Below, one piece after another: positions 35,301 to 45,990 of a stretch of 64,000 nt of DNA (the stretch's first letter is position 1; each line of letters begins with the position of its first letter). Location: positions 24,552,001 through 24,616,000 of the forward strand of contig OZ210885.1 of NCBI GenBank assembly GCA_964658305.1, given 5' to 3'. The position numbers and the translations under genes are program-made. The stretch is from Leptogorgia sarmentosa (Eukaryota). The notes below the pieces were generated by a model. That model saw only the letters and a program-made list of their open reading frames with translations, did no database searches and was not told the DNA's origin.

Positions 35301-38087
35301 CAGCTGCAAGCCTTTACGCACTCCTCCAAAAAGCCTACGATGAAGACAGCACATCCGAATATACTGATGCTATGCAACCGGATACTCCATCTTTCGAGGA
35401 GTGGTGCATACAGCGAGCAAATGCTAGTGTTCACTTTGACTACTGGCTTAAGACGTTGTCATCGGAGCTTCTCTTGTTGCGGTACATTAGATCACTACGT
35501 GAAGGTAACTTCCAACTGTACGTGGACTCCCTGACGCAGATCATGCCTTGGATGTTCGCTCTAGATCATACACACTACTCGAGATGGCTTTCCGTACACA
35601 TCCGCGACATGACGACACTTGCTGAAAAACACCCAGATGTTTTCGCTGAATTCAAGTTAGGAAACTTTGTGGTACACAAAACCAGCAACAAATTCTCTGC
35701 CATGGCACTTAATCAGTCTCACGAGCAGAACAATGCAATGGTGAAAGGCTCTGGTGGGGCTATTGGATTGACTGGCAATCCTGGAGCACTGAGACGTTGG
35801 ATGGTAGCAGGGCCAGAAATCGCCAGACTTACAACAGAGTTTGAGGAACAGGCCATGAAGCAACATCATGACACTAAATGCAGTCATCATGACCAGCAAC
35901 CTGGGGTGCAAGCAGCATTCTTGAAAGAGCTTAAAGCACTTGTAACAGTGCTGGATGAGATGGGAAATCCGTTCTTAGAACACAGTGAAGACCTACTAGT
36001 CATTGATACACGGGACATTGTAGACGCTGAAGTGGCAGAAACTGTGAGAAAGATCGAGACCCTGGGTGAAGAGCAATACATCAAGTTTGTCACAGAGAGG
36101 CTAGAACAGTGTAAAACACCTATCACGGAAACACTTCCAAAGAACAAGCTGCCATTGTTCAGTAGGCCGCCTGTCAAAGTTCAATCAAAACAGAAAGCAC
36201 AGCTGGCAGCACTGAAGAGTGACTGTGGTCTCTTTTCGAGGTTATACATCTCTTGTCAAACTCGTGATGGAGACATCGACACATTCTTTGCTCATGAAAA
36301 CCAGTCGGCTTCACTAGCTCTGTCAATTGCAGGAAAGATGCGGAGTGGTGTTAAAGCAGATCTGCTTCGCTGTCTGGAAGCAGATTTGCCTGAACAAAGT
36401 GGCGTGCCAGTGGTTGATGCAACAATTCTTGATGGTGCAGCTGTGGTCCAAATGCTGAATCCTGGAACATCAAAAACTTTTCAAGAATATGGTGAAAGAG
36501 TGTTTACACCGTACATCGCTGCCCAATTCCAGAAGAGTCACCGCGTCGACCTTGTCTGGGATGTATACCTACCTGCAAGCCTGAAGGCCTCCACCAGGCA
36601 GAAGAGGGGGAAAGGAACCAGGAAAAGGGTCGCTGCTTCCACTGCAATGCCTAAGAACTGGAAGGACTTCCTTCGAGTCGATCAGAACAAGACTGAATTG
36701 TTCACTTTCTTGTCACAAAAAGTTGTTCATATTCTGCTAGCAGATGGCAAGGAACTATATGCAAGTGATGGAAGTGGAGTCCTCTGTTCTCCTGCTGAGT
36801 CTAATTTAGCCCGCCTTGCCCCGTGTTCGCAAGAGGAAGCCGACACTCGTCTACTTCTGCATGCGGCAGATGCTGTGCAAAAGGGGTGTACAAAGATCAC
36901 TATACGAACCGTTGATACTGATGTGGTGGTACTGGCTGTGGCTTCATTCAGCAAGATTGGCCCTGATGAGCTATGGATTGCTTTTGGCGCCGGATCAAGT
37001 TTTCGGTACATAGCTATTCACAAAATAGTTTCCACAATGTCTCCCTCAGAATGTCTCACTCTTCCAGTCTTTCACGCATATACTGGCTGTGATACTGTAT
37101 CTACATTCGCTGGCAGAGGAAAGAAGACAGCATGGCAAACATTGAAGTCTTTTCCAGATGTGATTGACGCTTTCAGTGAACTCCTATGCATGCCAAATGA
37201 GATCAGTGAAAAAGCTTTGTTACTGCTAGAGCGATATGTGGTGTTGATGTACGACCGAACCAGCGAGAGTACTAACGTCAATGATGCCAGGAAACAGCTC
37301 TTCACACAGAAGTCTAGAACTTTAGAAAACATCCCTCCAACACAAGCTGCACTCAAGCAACATATCAAGCGGACTCGCTACCAGGCTCACCGTTGGAACC
37401 AGGCATTAGTGAAGGATCCAGAGATGCCAGACCCATCTGACTGGGGATGGACAAGGGACACAACTGGGTGGCAGCCTCTTTGGACCACTCTTCCCGAAGC
37501 ATCGAAATCGTGCCATGAATTGATCCACTGCAGCTGTAAGAAAGGGTGCACTGGATGCTGCAAATGTGTCAAAGCTGCTCTAAAGTGCACAGCACTGTGT
37601 GTCTGCTCTGGAGACTGTTAGATTTCGACAATTGTGATGCATTACTTCTTCTTATGTAAATAGTTATTTTAAAGTTTCAGGTGCTATATTTTTGGAAAAA
37701 TAAACGTTTGAAAGTGCCAATGGACTCCTTTCAATTATATGACATTAAATAAATATTTAACATAGATTGATTGACCTTGAAATAACTGTGTGTTATTCCG
37801 TGCAGACTGTCTTAAACGTATCACCAATTGGACGTGTATTCATAATTTTATCATACAAAGACACCTAATATGTTTTTCTACACTGCTTGGCTCCAAATTT
37901 TAGCGTGGTTGGTGTGATTACGTCATGAGAAATGGCGGCCATCTTGGATTGACCTTACACGGTCCCCAAGGTCAAACCTGACTTCCCTCCACATCTGAAA
38001 ATAAAGCTTATGGTATGCACTAACTATGTTAGTAATTTCATGCTTTTCTCAAAAAACGCACAATTATTATAGTTACCCGCTGCACTA
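32346..38087 (+). mobile_element. AcademX DNA transposon, apparently intact
   Basis: TAGTG...CACTA ends; 3-bp TSD TAC (32343-32345, 38088-38090); near-perfect ~255-bp inverted repeats at ~32377-32632 and ~37810-38065. Confidence 0.93.
33068..37621 (+). CDS. Academ transposase, 1517 aa (Academ DDE core, XPG/FEN1-like nuclease, C-terminal Cys-rich CXC/tesmin-like domain)
   Basis: Uninterrupted ORF. Academ core motifs DNIDH, FHGT, DQPLY, GGLHIEM, EQNN; XPG-like EEADTRLLLH, DTDV, HAYTGCDTVS; terminal CSCKKGC..C.C....KCT.LC.C. Confidence 0.95.
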   Translation: MPKHHVLIDPARSIPSKRSKPTPSINWDICILCREVQNESLQCPLKSTKQPVGSGYTSLAEDLLRFQTLQHMPMDLDLDQLDDGNGIEATLQAHKAVWHKKCRLKFNKKSYDEQSRRESCTVQQPITSTLHTRSAHTHPMNTEPTCFFCNEPAGSAVLHNASTYSIDVNVRRIALELEDTALLAKLAAGDMIAIEAKYHHDCLRSLYNRARKAAPKGNDEDDSCLHGIAFSELVAFLEDNNSDEDTAPVFKLVDLTELYKVRLEQLGVTVEKRIHATRLKNRLLTALPDLRAYSQGRDTLLSFEKNIGPALMMACSHYSDAMHLMRAAKVVHKEIFDSGFVFDGTFKANCQEEAVPPSLLALVNMILDGANIKDQNQLIHTTTTKPALTIAQLMVFNSVKHARNMNASSSARHSRSRETPIPLYLSLKIHAVTRSRGLVDTLFKLGLCVSYDRLLQLTSDIANGVWQCFRMEDVVCPPKLRQGLFTTGAVDNIDHNPSSATAKDSFHGTGISLMQHPSHTDGGTDHGVPVIGPGSSSKSVTSLPSAYTIVPPAAFKTKCATIQGPARPSNMPAVAAATEDEYLWLRKVKTALEKSTVDGWISWSAYHADMHQAVIPPPAINALLPLFLDNAHSVAMIRHSMDIVKAAVQHLNPGQVPLLAADQPLYALAKEIQWTWPVIHGEDHFLIMFGGLHIEMAMLKLLGDWLEDSGWTNALVQADIASAGTANSFINASHVTKTRHAHQVTAASLYALLQKAYDEDSTSEYTDAMQPDTPSFEEWCIQRANASVHFDYWLKTLSSELLLLRYIRSLREGNFQLYVDSLTQIMPWMFALDHTHYSRWLSVHIRDMTTLAEKHPDVFAEFKLGNFVVHKTSNKFSAMALNQSHEQNNAMVKGSGGAIGLTGNPGALRRWMVAGPEIARLTTEFEEQAMKQHHDTKCSHHDQQPGVQAAFLKELKALVTVLDEMGNPFLEHSEDLLVIDTRDIVDAEVAETVRKIETLGEEQYIKFVTERLEQCKTPITETLPKNKLPLFSRPPVKVQSKQKAQLAALKSDCGLFSRLYISCQTRDGDIDTFFAHENQSASLALSIAGKMRSGVKADLLRCLEADLPEQSGVPVVDATILDGAAVVQMLNPGTSKTFQEYGERVFTPYIAAQFQKSHRVDLVWDVYLPASLKASTRQKRGKGTRKRVAASTAMPKNWKDFLRVDQNKTELFTFLSQKVVHILLADGKELYASDGSGVLCSPAESNLARLAPCSQEEADTRLLLHAADAVQKGCTKITIRTVDTDVVVLAVASFSKIGPDELWIAFGAGSSFRYIAIHKIVSTMSPSECLTLPVFHAYTGCDTVSTFAGRGKKTAWQTLKSFPDVIDAFSELLCMPNEISEKALLLLERYVVLMYDRTSESTNVNDARKQLFTQKSRTLENIPPTQAALKQHIKRTRYQAHRWNQALVKDPEMPDPSDWGWTRDTTGWQPLWTTLPEASKSCHELIHCSCKKGCTGCCKCVKAALKCTALCVCSGDC

Positions 38088-39325
38088 TACATGTTTCACG
38101 AACAGTGTAATTGTAAAAATCTGGTGAAAATAACCTCAAGTTTCACCCATGCAAGATTCCTACTGTGATGGCAGAAACTTTGATATTGTAAACTGGCCTT
38201 AAGAGACTGTTGTAAATAAATTTAAGCATACATACTACCTTTAACAAAACCTGTCTTAGCAGAAAAACGTCTCGAACGATGTATAAGCATAAAATAAAAT
38301 TTCCTTACCAGTGTGACGACAATTCTTTGTTGTCAAAGGAGTTGTGACATCTGTAAACATAGCAAAAACGCGGCATGTTGATAATCAACAAAATTCAACG
38401 AAATATTGTTTTGAATTAAAAACTTTGACGTGATGTTAGCTGGTATTTTAGTATTTTATTTTCAGACAGAGACAAACTGCTCACTTTCGGCAATGTTATT
38501 TGGTCAGTGGTTAGTCCCCTGAAATAGGGGACTTACTACGTCATAATGACGTAAATTTGGCTAAAATCCGCCATGTTTTTGGCGACACTATTTTGTACGG
38601 CGTGGTATTGCGACCTGATCTCCAGATATATTAAGTATAGCTCAGTGGGGAAAATAGGGAAAAGCCTCTGCTACATTTGGTTCCAAATATGGCATCCATC
38701 CAGGGGGCGCATAAAAAAAAAAATTGGGGGATATAAGTAAACTGCTAACACAGTGATGCTAATCTACGAATAGCGAAATATGGCTACAGCAACAGCCGAA
38801 GTTGGAGTCTCTTTTCACAGTATAAATCCCGAAAGACAGTATTTGTTTGCGCTTCGAGATGGTTGCGTATGCTGCCCTAAGTGCGAAAACAACAATCCCA
38901 GTTGCTTTTCTGGAGAAGGATTGAAACATCATTACCGGACTATGCACAAACAAGTCAACTTCACTGATGAAATTTTTGTCCCAGGAGTTGCAATATTACG
39001 TACTCGAGCAGCATCAGAAACCTTATCTAATTTGTTTGCATTGTCTGAAAAGCAAAAGGAAATGGTAAGTTGACTTGCACCTTAAAAAATAAACATATAT
39101 ATTTTTATAATATAAGTAGGATAAAATCTACAACGCGATTGGCTAATGAGCGTGCATTATAACAGTGTAATGCACACATCTAGCTAGTAAATTTCTCTCG
39201 CCACTTTTTTGTTTGACAAAAAGACAATAAAAGAACATATATACTCAAAATACATCCATAAAAAACGCTTGACTTGTTTGCCTTCGCTCAGCTAAAGGAA
39301 TGAAGCTTTGTTGGTGCTTGGCAAG

Positions 39326-39393
39326 CAGGGCTCTCACCTCAGATTGCTCCTCAAATGCCAAGTTGGGAAATTTCCCCAAAAGTGAGAGCCCTG
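39326..39393. mobile_element. 68-bp micro-MITE (hAT-like)
   Basis: 12-bp TIR CAGGGCTCTCAC; flanks TTGGCAAG / TTGGCAAC (7/8 TSD match). Confidence 0.75.
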
Positions 39394-39489
39394 TTGGCAA
39401 CATTTGAGAACAGGCATTATTACATGTAAGGAGAATTGCAATTTTGATCTTCCCAATAAAGTTTTTTATTGTGTTAATATTCGCTTATA

Positions 39490-39650
39490 TTATAAAAGAA
39501 ATAGAAAAACTCGTCGCGTGCCATTATGCTGCTATAATCACACTCGGGCAATGTTGTGAGAATACTCGAGAATCGCGTAAAACACTCGGCTGCGCCTCGT
39601 GTTTTGCATTATAACAGCATAATGGCACACGACTCGTTTTCTATTTCTGA
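39490..39650. repeat. Nested inverted-repeat element (Crypton-like non-autonomous)
   Basis: AGAAATAGAAAA...GTGCCATTATGCTG pairs with CAGCATAATGGCAC...TTTTCTATTTCT; inner hairpin AAAACACTCGG..CTCGTGTTTT. Confidence 0.55.
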
Positions 39651-40904
39651 AATACACTGATGTTATTTAAATAGGGAAATCAAAAATATACGCCATACGT
39701 AATCAAAGGATGTGGTGAACAAGCACAATTGTATTATGAAAGTGATAAAGAAGCGGCCAAGTTGTTCGGGTTATATTTAGACCACAAATTGTCTTTACCG
39801 AAAATAGAGTCTAATGGCGAAGGAACTGAAGTTTGTGTTGAGGAAACTTCGTCAAATTCAATCTACAAACTCTGGCTTGCAAGACATAAAATTTATGCTG
39901 AAGCTATTTACTTTCAGTCGGTAAGTTAATTTGCAATTTAGGCGTCCATATTTTTGTAATTGTAATTTTGTAATTATTATGTAATTCATATGTAATTTTG
40001 CTGATGGCTATGCTAATTTCTATATATTTGCTTTTCGTACTTCAGAGTGGCTTGAAACTTTGAATGTATGCCTGTAAAGTGTGAATTGTGATCATATTTG
40101 CTTTCTGTTTCGACATTTAGAAAAACCCCCTTTCTTCTTTTCCAACACCTGAAGAGAATGTGTTAAGAATGATGTGTGAAACACCGCTAACTTTACCTGA
40201 AAAACAAGAGGAGAAGGAATTGTTTTTACTTAAACACTTATATGGATTTGACTCATTTAGAGAAGCACAGATGGTAATGATACTTGTCATAATACCAACT
40301 GGAGGTGGAAAAAGTCTAACCTATTCTGTGGCTGCTGTTATTATGCAAGGTCTAACTGTGATTAGTAGAATCATACTCGTATACTATTGCAAATGCTGCA
40401 AAATACCCATAAATTCTCATCCTTTCTGTTTTTGTGCATGGTGGTTTGTCAGATGCAGATAGAAAGGTCTATGAACAGGCATGGTCCACTGGCAATGCAC
40501 ATGTTATTTGTGCAACCAAATCTTTTGGGATGGGGATCGACTACAAAGATGTTAGATTTGTTATACATTTATCCTTTTCAGAGAGCATTGAAGATTATCT
40601 GCAAGAAATTGGTAGAGCTGGTAGAGATGGTTATCCGGCAATGTGTGCACTACTCTTTAGTCACAAGGACAGATCCTCCATTTACATAATATAATGGCTA
40701 TTGAGGGAGAACAACACAGATCATATAAGCACAAAATCATGAACGAAATGGTCAGGTATTGTGTTGAAAGTACATGTCGACACAGAATGGGCTCAGCAAC
40801 CATTGTGTTAAAAGGATTGGCTCTTGATAAAGTTCCAGAATTTGGCTCAGCAAAAAGTTTTTATAAAACAAAGACAGGCAGGAAAGATTTGCAAGCATTA
40901 ATAT

Positions 40905-41560
40905 TAAGGACTTATTAACCGAGTGCGAGGTCTGTACGGGAAAGTATTGCCTGAAGTTTTTCGTACAGACCGAGCGATGAAGGAGCGAGGTCTGTGCATT
41001 AAAAACCGAAGGCAATACTTTCCCGTACAGACCGAGCAAATGAGGTTAATAAGGGATTTATGATATGGCTTTGTTCGATCGCAATTTGTTCTGACATTGT
41101 AGAAAGAACTAGAAAACACTTTCGCTGCCGAAACGTTTAGCCGTATACACTGGCATACTGAATGGCGGTTTCTGGCCGTTCACTGCTGTACAAATAAAAA
41201 TACAACAAAGGAAAAAATTGAATAAAAAAATACAATGTAAATGTCGTGATAAACAACAAATGTTCGATGCGAAATGAAGCCATTAAGTGCTGCGAAAACA
41301 ATATTCGCAACAGTTTTCGAACTGTTGTTTTGTTCGCCGTTATTTTCACTTTAAAACTCAGCATTTTGTGTCGTGTGTTTTTCTGGGACAGTAAAATTCG
41401 ATCGGGGAGTGTTCTTCATTGTCACGGTACGGCATAATAAGATTTCGTTTCCTTAAAAATTTTATTTGTACAATAGTTTCACGAGCGGGCAAGATGACTT
41501 TTTCCGTACTGCTAATCAACCAATCAGCGTTGCGGCATTTATGTCAGCCATATAATAAAT
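40905..41560. repeat. Nested inverted-repeat element (Crypton-like non-autonomous) inserted in the RecQ remnant
   Basis: CTTATTAACC..GGTCTGTACGGGAAAGTATTGCC pairs with GGCAATACTTTCCCGTACAGACC..GGTTAATAAG. It ends ATAATAA, and the host reading appears to resume (HLIVEGIICE). Confidence 0.55.
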
Positions 41561-41745
41561 CACCTTATTGTTGAAGGGATTATTTGTGAAGTTTCAGTAG
41601 GCACTCCAGAAAGACCAAGTATTGTGATACATACAGGTGATGTGGCTGATCTTTTACAAGGTGTCAAAAAAGTTTGTTTTATCCATTGAAATATTAGATG
41701 AAGAATTTGTACATTTATTTACATTTATGGTGCTCATAGCTTTAA

Positions 41746-43294
41746 GGTGGCTCCCTACGGTTTTTGCATGGTAGCGAACCAATGTATTTTAGAGATTCCT
41801 GTGGCTTTATTTTTCACGATATAAAGACAAAATTTGCAGGAAACATGGAACTTTTTCTCTTAACGACTTTAGTTGGTATTTTTATGTTAAACACTCATTG
41901 CCTGTGATAATGCATGTATTTGGGATTTTCCTTCGGTAAATTTTCAAATTTTGCAGAAAAGATGATACCAATATAGTGATAATTTCTTTCTATTCTTAGA
42001 AAATTCTATCAATACATTTTTAGGAAAACTCAGAAAATGTCATAAATCATTATTAATACACTTTCTGTTGATATAATTTTATAAACATTTGACATTTTAT
42101 TTGTTTTACCAACATTAGAAAATGTGCAAAGTTTTAAAAAAATTGGCTGAAGGTAAAAGCATCATACAATTGTCAATAATCCAGTTGAATATACAGGGGG
42201 TTGCCAAAAAAAAAGAGCCCCCTTGTCTCACACAGAAATAAACAAGGTTTATATAAGTCATATTCCTTATGTTGTAAGAAAAAGATTGCACGACAAATGA
42301 GATGTAGAGAAATAGTCCTATTTGACTCTAAGAACACAACATTTGGTAAGCAATATGATATCCGCAACCTTTGATGATCTGTGGACTGCACCCAAGGATG
42401 TTCTAGACAAGTTTATGAACGTATTCATGGTTGTTATTCTTCCAAGCCTGACTCCTCAAATACCTACTCCTCAATTCGAGATGAACATTTCATATCTAGT
42501 CTTCTCTCCTGGCTCTGCAACAAATTCTCAATGGGATTGACGTCTGGGCTTTGTGTTAGCAAAAGAACACTTCAATTTTCAATTAAAATTGATTCCTCAG
42601 ATAATATTCCACAATACGAATCGTTCCTGGGAGTCCTTGTCATGCTGCCATATTAAGTTATCTCCATTGAGTAATCGGCCTGAAGATTGTTCGAATTAAA
42701 TTTTTCGGTTTATTTTTGGCAGAGGCGGCGTTTTAGTCCATGGTGATATTTGGTTACATATATGTGCGCTTTATTAGTGCCTGTGCGAGGTCAGCGATAT
42801 TTGGGCAAACATTCGAGAGTTGATAATCTCTTAACAGCCTCTCTCATCAAAAGCCTGTCTTTGTGAATCCTTGTGTCTTGTCGGTGTTCCAGAACCTGGC
42901 ATTCATCCAGCACTCTCACTTTCCTTCATACGACTTTTTTTGCCCAAGAATAGCTGGGTCTATATTCGTTGCTACTTTCCAAGCACTCGCGTCTAGCACG
43001 GGGTGAGTCCAATATTGAAGGTTTCTAGCTATCTTCTTCTTAATTAGCCCTTTCTTCTCATTTGCTTCCTCGATGGCAACAGTTTCACACTGATTAAAGT
43101 GAGATTGGCTAAAACCCATCAATTTTAGCACGAACTATTTGTTGAATGCTTGTGAGGCAATATATTTTATCCATACCGCATGTGCGTCTACATTTACACA
43201 AAAAGCCCTTTTTAAATAGGGGGGCTCTTTTTTTTTTGGCAAACCCCTGTACGAAGAACTTAACTGCCATGGAAATAACCCTAGGGAGCCAACC
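41746..43294. mobile_element. Kolobok-like non-autonomous element
   Basis: TTAA|GGTGGCTCCCTA ... TAGGGAGCCAACC; the right TSD is degenerate. Confidence 0.6.
42194..43249 (-). mobile_element. Decayed Tc1 transposon nested in the Kolobok-like element
   Basis: TA TSDs; ~30-bp TIR CAGGGG(G/T)TTGCCAAAAAAAAAGAGCCCC; minus-strand QSPDVNPIENL (Tc1 SPDLNPIE motif) near 42520-42555. Confidence 0.85.
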
Positions 43295-43565
43295 TAAGCT
43301 TCATTCAGTGTAACAGTAACTGGTATCGCAAATCAGGAAAACACTAGTACAGCTTTGTTTCAAAATTGTCTGTTATTTTTTTGCAACCTTTTTCTTGAAC
43401 TTCCAAAAAGCACTTGGACACCTTACCCTCTCTCCCCGCCTTGCCATCCACAGAAAGACACTTCGGCACATCATCTGCAGATTGGCTTGGTAAAAGTAAC
43501 TCCTTTTGCAAACAAAACCATGCACCTTTTAACTGATCTCTGTAAGAGTCTGAAACTGAATGTCT

Positions 43566-45990
43566 TAGAGATGCGCCGATTAATCGGAAATTAATCGGAC
43601 AGGCCGATCAATCGGCATTTTTTAAATAATCGGTAATCGGCTGATTATTGTAAAATAATCGGAAACGTAATTTAAAATATATTCTCAATATTGCAAACGC
43701 AAAAGAATCAAGTCTTTGTATACATAATTTAATGATCTAAGAAACAGATTGTTAAAGCTATTTATATTAATATTTATCTTTTATGACTTTATGAACATGA
43801 TACACGACAATAGCGGCACGCACATTCCTCTGTGCATGATAAGCCTTGTAAGCGGCGCAGCGTCTCTGCGCAAACGCACAAGTATCGTAGTGGTTCGTAC
43901 TGGTAGCTGGCGAGAAATGGCAAAGCCTTCAAAAAGTGGTGTTTGGAAATATTTTAATGTAGACAAAGGGGATAATTCAAAGGCATTGTGCCATGTGTGT
44001 CAAGATGAAGGTACACATGTTCTCATATCACGAGGAGGCAAAAACTCAAAGAAGTTCACGACCATGAATCTGCGAAATCATCTGAAGAGTAAACATCCAA
44101 AGCAATTTCTTGAACTGACAGCAAGCGACATAGAGGATAGAACTGCTGTGGAGAAAAGAAGACCTAGATGACTCAACAACAGCAACAATCAGAAAGAAAC
44201 TAAAGACCCAAATGACTTTGCAGCAGAGTTTTGAAGCGAGTCGTGCGTGGGATATCAACAGTGCTCCTGCTCATAAAATCACTAAGTTGATTTGTGAAAT
44301 GATGGTTCTGGACAACCAGCTGTTCGTGATGGTCGAGGATCTAGGTTTTGTGCGGCTGATGAACCACATTGTCCCAAGATACCACATTCCTGATCGGCGC
44401 TATTTCAGTGGAACCGTAATTCCAAATCTAGTAGCAAAGGCAGAAGCAGCTGTGTCAAAGTGTCTCAATGAAGCAGACCATGTGTCTTTCACATCGGACA
44501 TTTGGACTTGTTCTCATAACAATGATACTTTCATAAGCCTGTCAGCCCACTGGATCGGAAAGAATATTGCCAATCATCCACGGCTGTCGTTTGTTCTCCA
44601 TTCTAGTTTCTTTCCCGGTAGCCACACGTAGCGAGCGCATTGCGGATAAGTTTACAAACATGCTATCCAAGTGGAGTATTGACTTGTCAAGATGTCACGT
44701 CGTAGTCACTGACAATGCCGCAAACATAACAAACACAGTTGAGTTGACAGGCCTGACTCATGTTCCGTGCTTTATCCATACCCTGCAATTGGCGGTCAAG
44801 GACGCTATCTTTTCTCAAAGAATGGTAAGCGATATGATCTCAAAGGCGAAAAAAATCGTTGGCCACTTCCACCATTCTGCCCTTGGATGCAACAGACTGG
44901 GAGAAATACAAGACGATTTGGGTATTCCAAAGAAAAAGTTAATCCAAGATGTTGCAACAAGGTAATATGTTATTAAAGTACTACACCATAGTTTTTTATT
45001 GTCATTTGGCCTAGTTATGTCGTCCACGACCGTTGCAGAATTTATAATACGTTTCTCAAATTTTAAAATCCAGTCAAAAAAGATGTCAATTTGCGAGACG
45101 TTCTGTCAATCTGCACTCTGCATCTCATCTGTACTTGATATTCCGATATGGGACGGAAGAACATTCAATGCATATTTCATCTTTTTATCAGAGTATTAAA
45201 ATTGCCCAAACAAAAGGCAAACTTGCGATCGAATGACATATTTCGTCAATGTTTACATAACGCTAATGTAACCATTGAAATTGGCAAGCTCATTGTTATT
45301 TTTAGGTTTTAGTGAATGTGTCTGGTTAATTATTACAAAATGCAGAGTGGGCGGAAAGCACTTTTGACAATATTTTGTTGTCAAAAGCATTTTTGACAGA
45401 ATTGTTGTTCAGTTCTGCGGTGCAAGCTACATATCCATGTTTTGAAATACGACCTGGTATGCTTGTTTTTTCTTCTCAGATGGAATTCTACCTACTACAT
45501 GCTCGATCGCTTGCTAAAAAACAAACGAGCTGTGGTACTTTTCGCAACAGAGACGCCAATTGTGACCCTAACAGCAAACGAGTGGGGTCTCATGGAGAAA
45601 GTTCTCCGCCTGCTCCAACCGTTCGAGGAGTACACAAAACTGATGAGCAAGGTGAATTCATCATTGTCAGAAGTAATTCCTGCAGTAACTGTTCTGAGAA
45701 AATTTTTGAGCAAAGACGACGGCGAAAAGACGGCGGGAGTCCGCACTATGCGCAATGAGCGTTGTTGGAGCGGAGGTTTGAAGAAACCTTTGAAAACAAG
45801 AGCTGCAAGCTGGCGACAGTAGTGGATCCTCGTTTCAAAACGAAGTTCGTGAGTGATGGTCGTGCTGTCTTGCTCGAAGAAGTCTCAGATGGCTGTGTCA
45901 CTAATTTGTCTTCAGATGAGGTAGTCGAGGAGAGTCCGAAGGAGCCGAGTCGCAGTTCTCCCTCGCCAAGCTCCAGTTTATTTTCCCAGT
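43566..45990 (+). mobile_element. hAT (Ac/ZBED4-like) transposon, 3'-truncated; transposase pseudogene from ATG 43917 with an intron at 44962-45479
   Basis: Left TIR TAGAGATGCGCCGAT with AATCGG subterminal repeats. BED finger VWKYF..C..C..HLKSKH; FTSDIWT, VTDNAAN, CFIHTLQL, DVATR|WNSTYYML, DPRFK; two frameshifts. Confidence 0.9.

Larger units (their letters stand above)
38780..41690 (+). pseudogene. Decayed multi-exon gene: C2H2-type finger exon plus RecQ-like helicase
   Basis: CPKC...HYRTMH; GFDSFREAQ; IPTGGGKSLTY; HGGLS; ICATKSFGMGID; YLQEIGRAGRDG. Has internal deletions (DEAH box missing), frameshifts and insertions. Confidence 0.75.

Noticed and set aside
33090..37590. Many short alternative-frame and antisense ORFs within long TE genes (also at 2452-6425 and 24200-27331)
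   Set aside because: These are shadow ORFs of real coding frames, with no motifs of their own.
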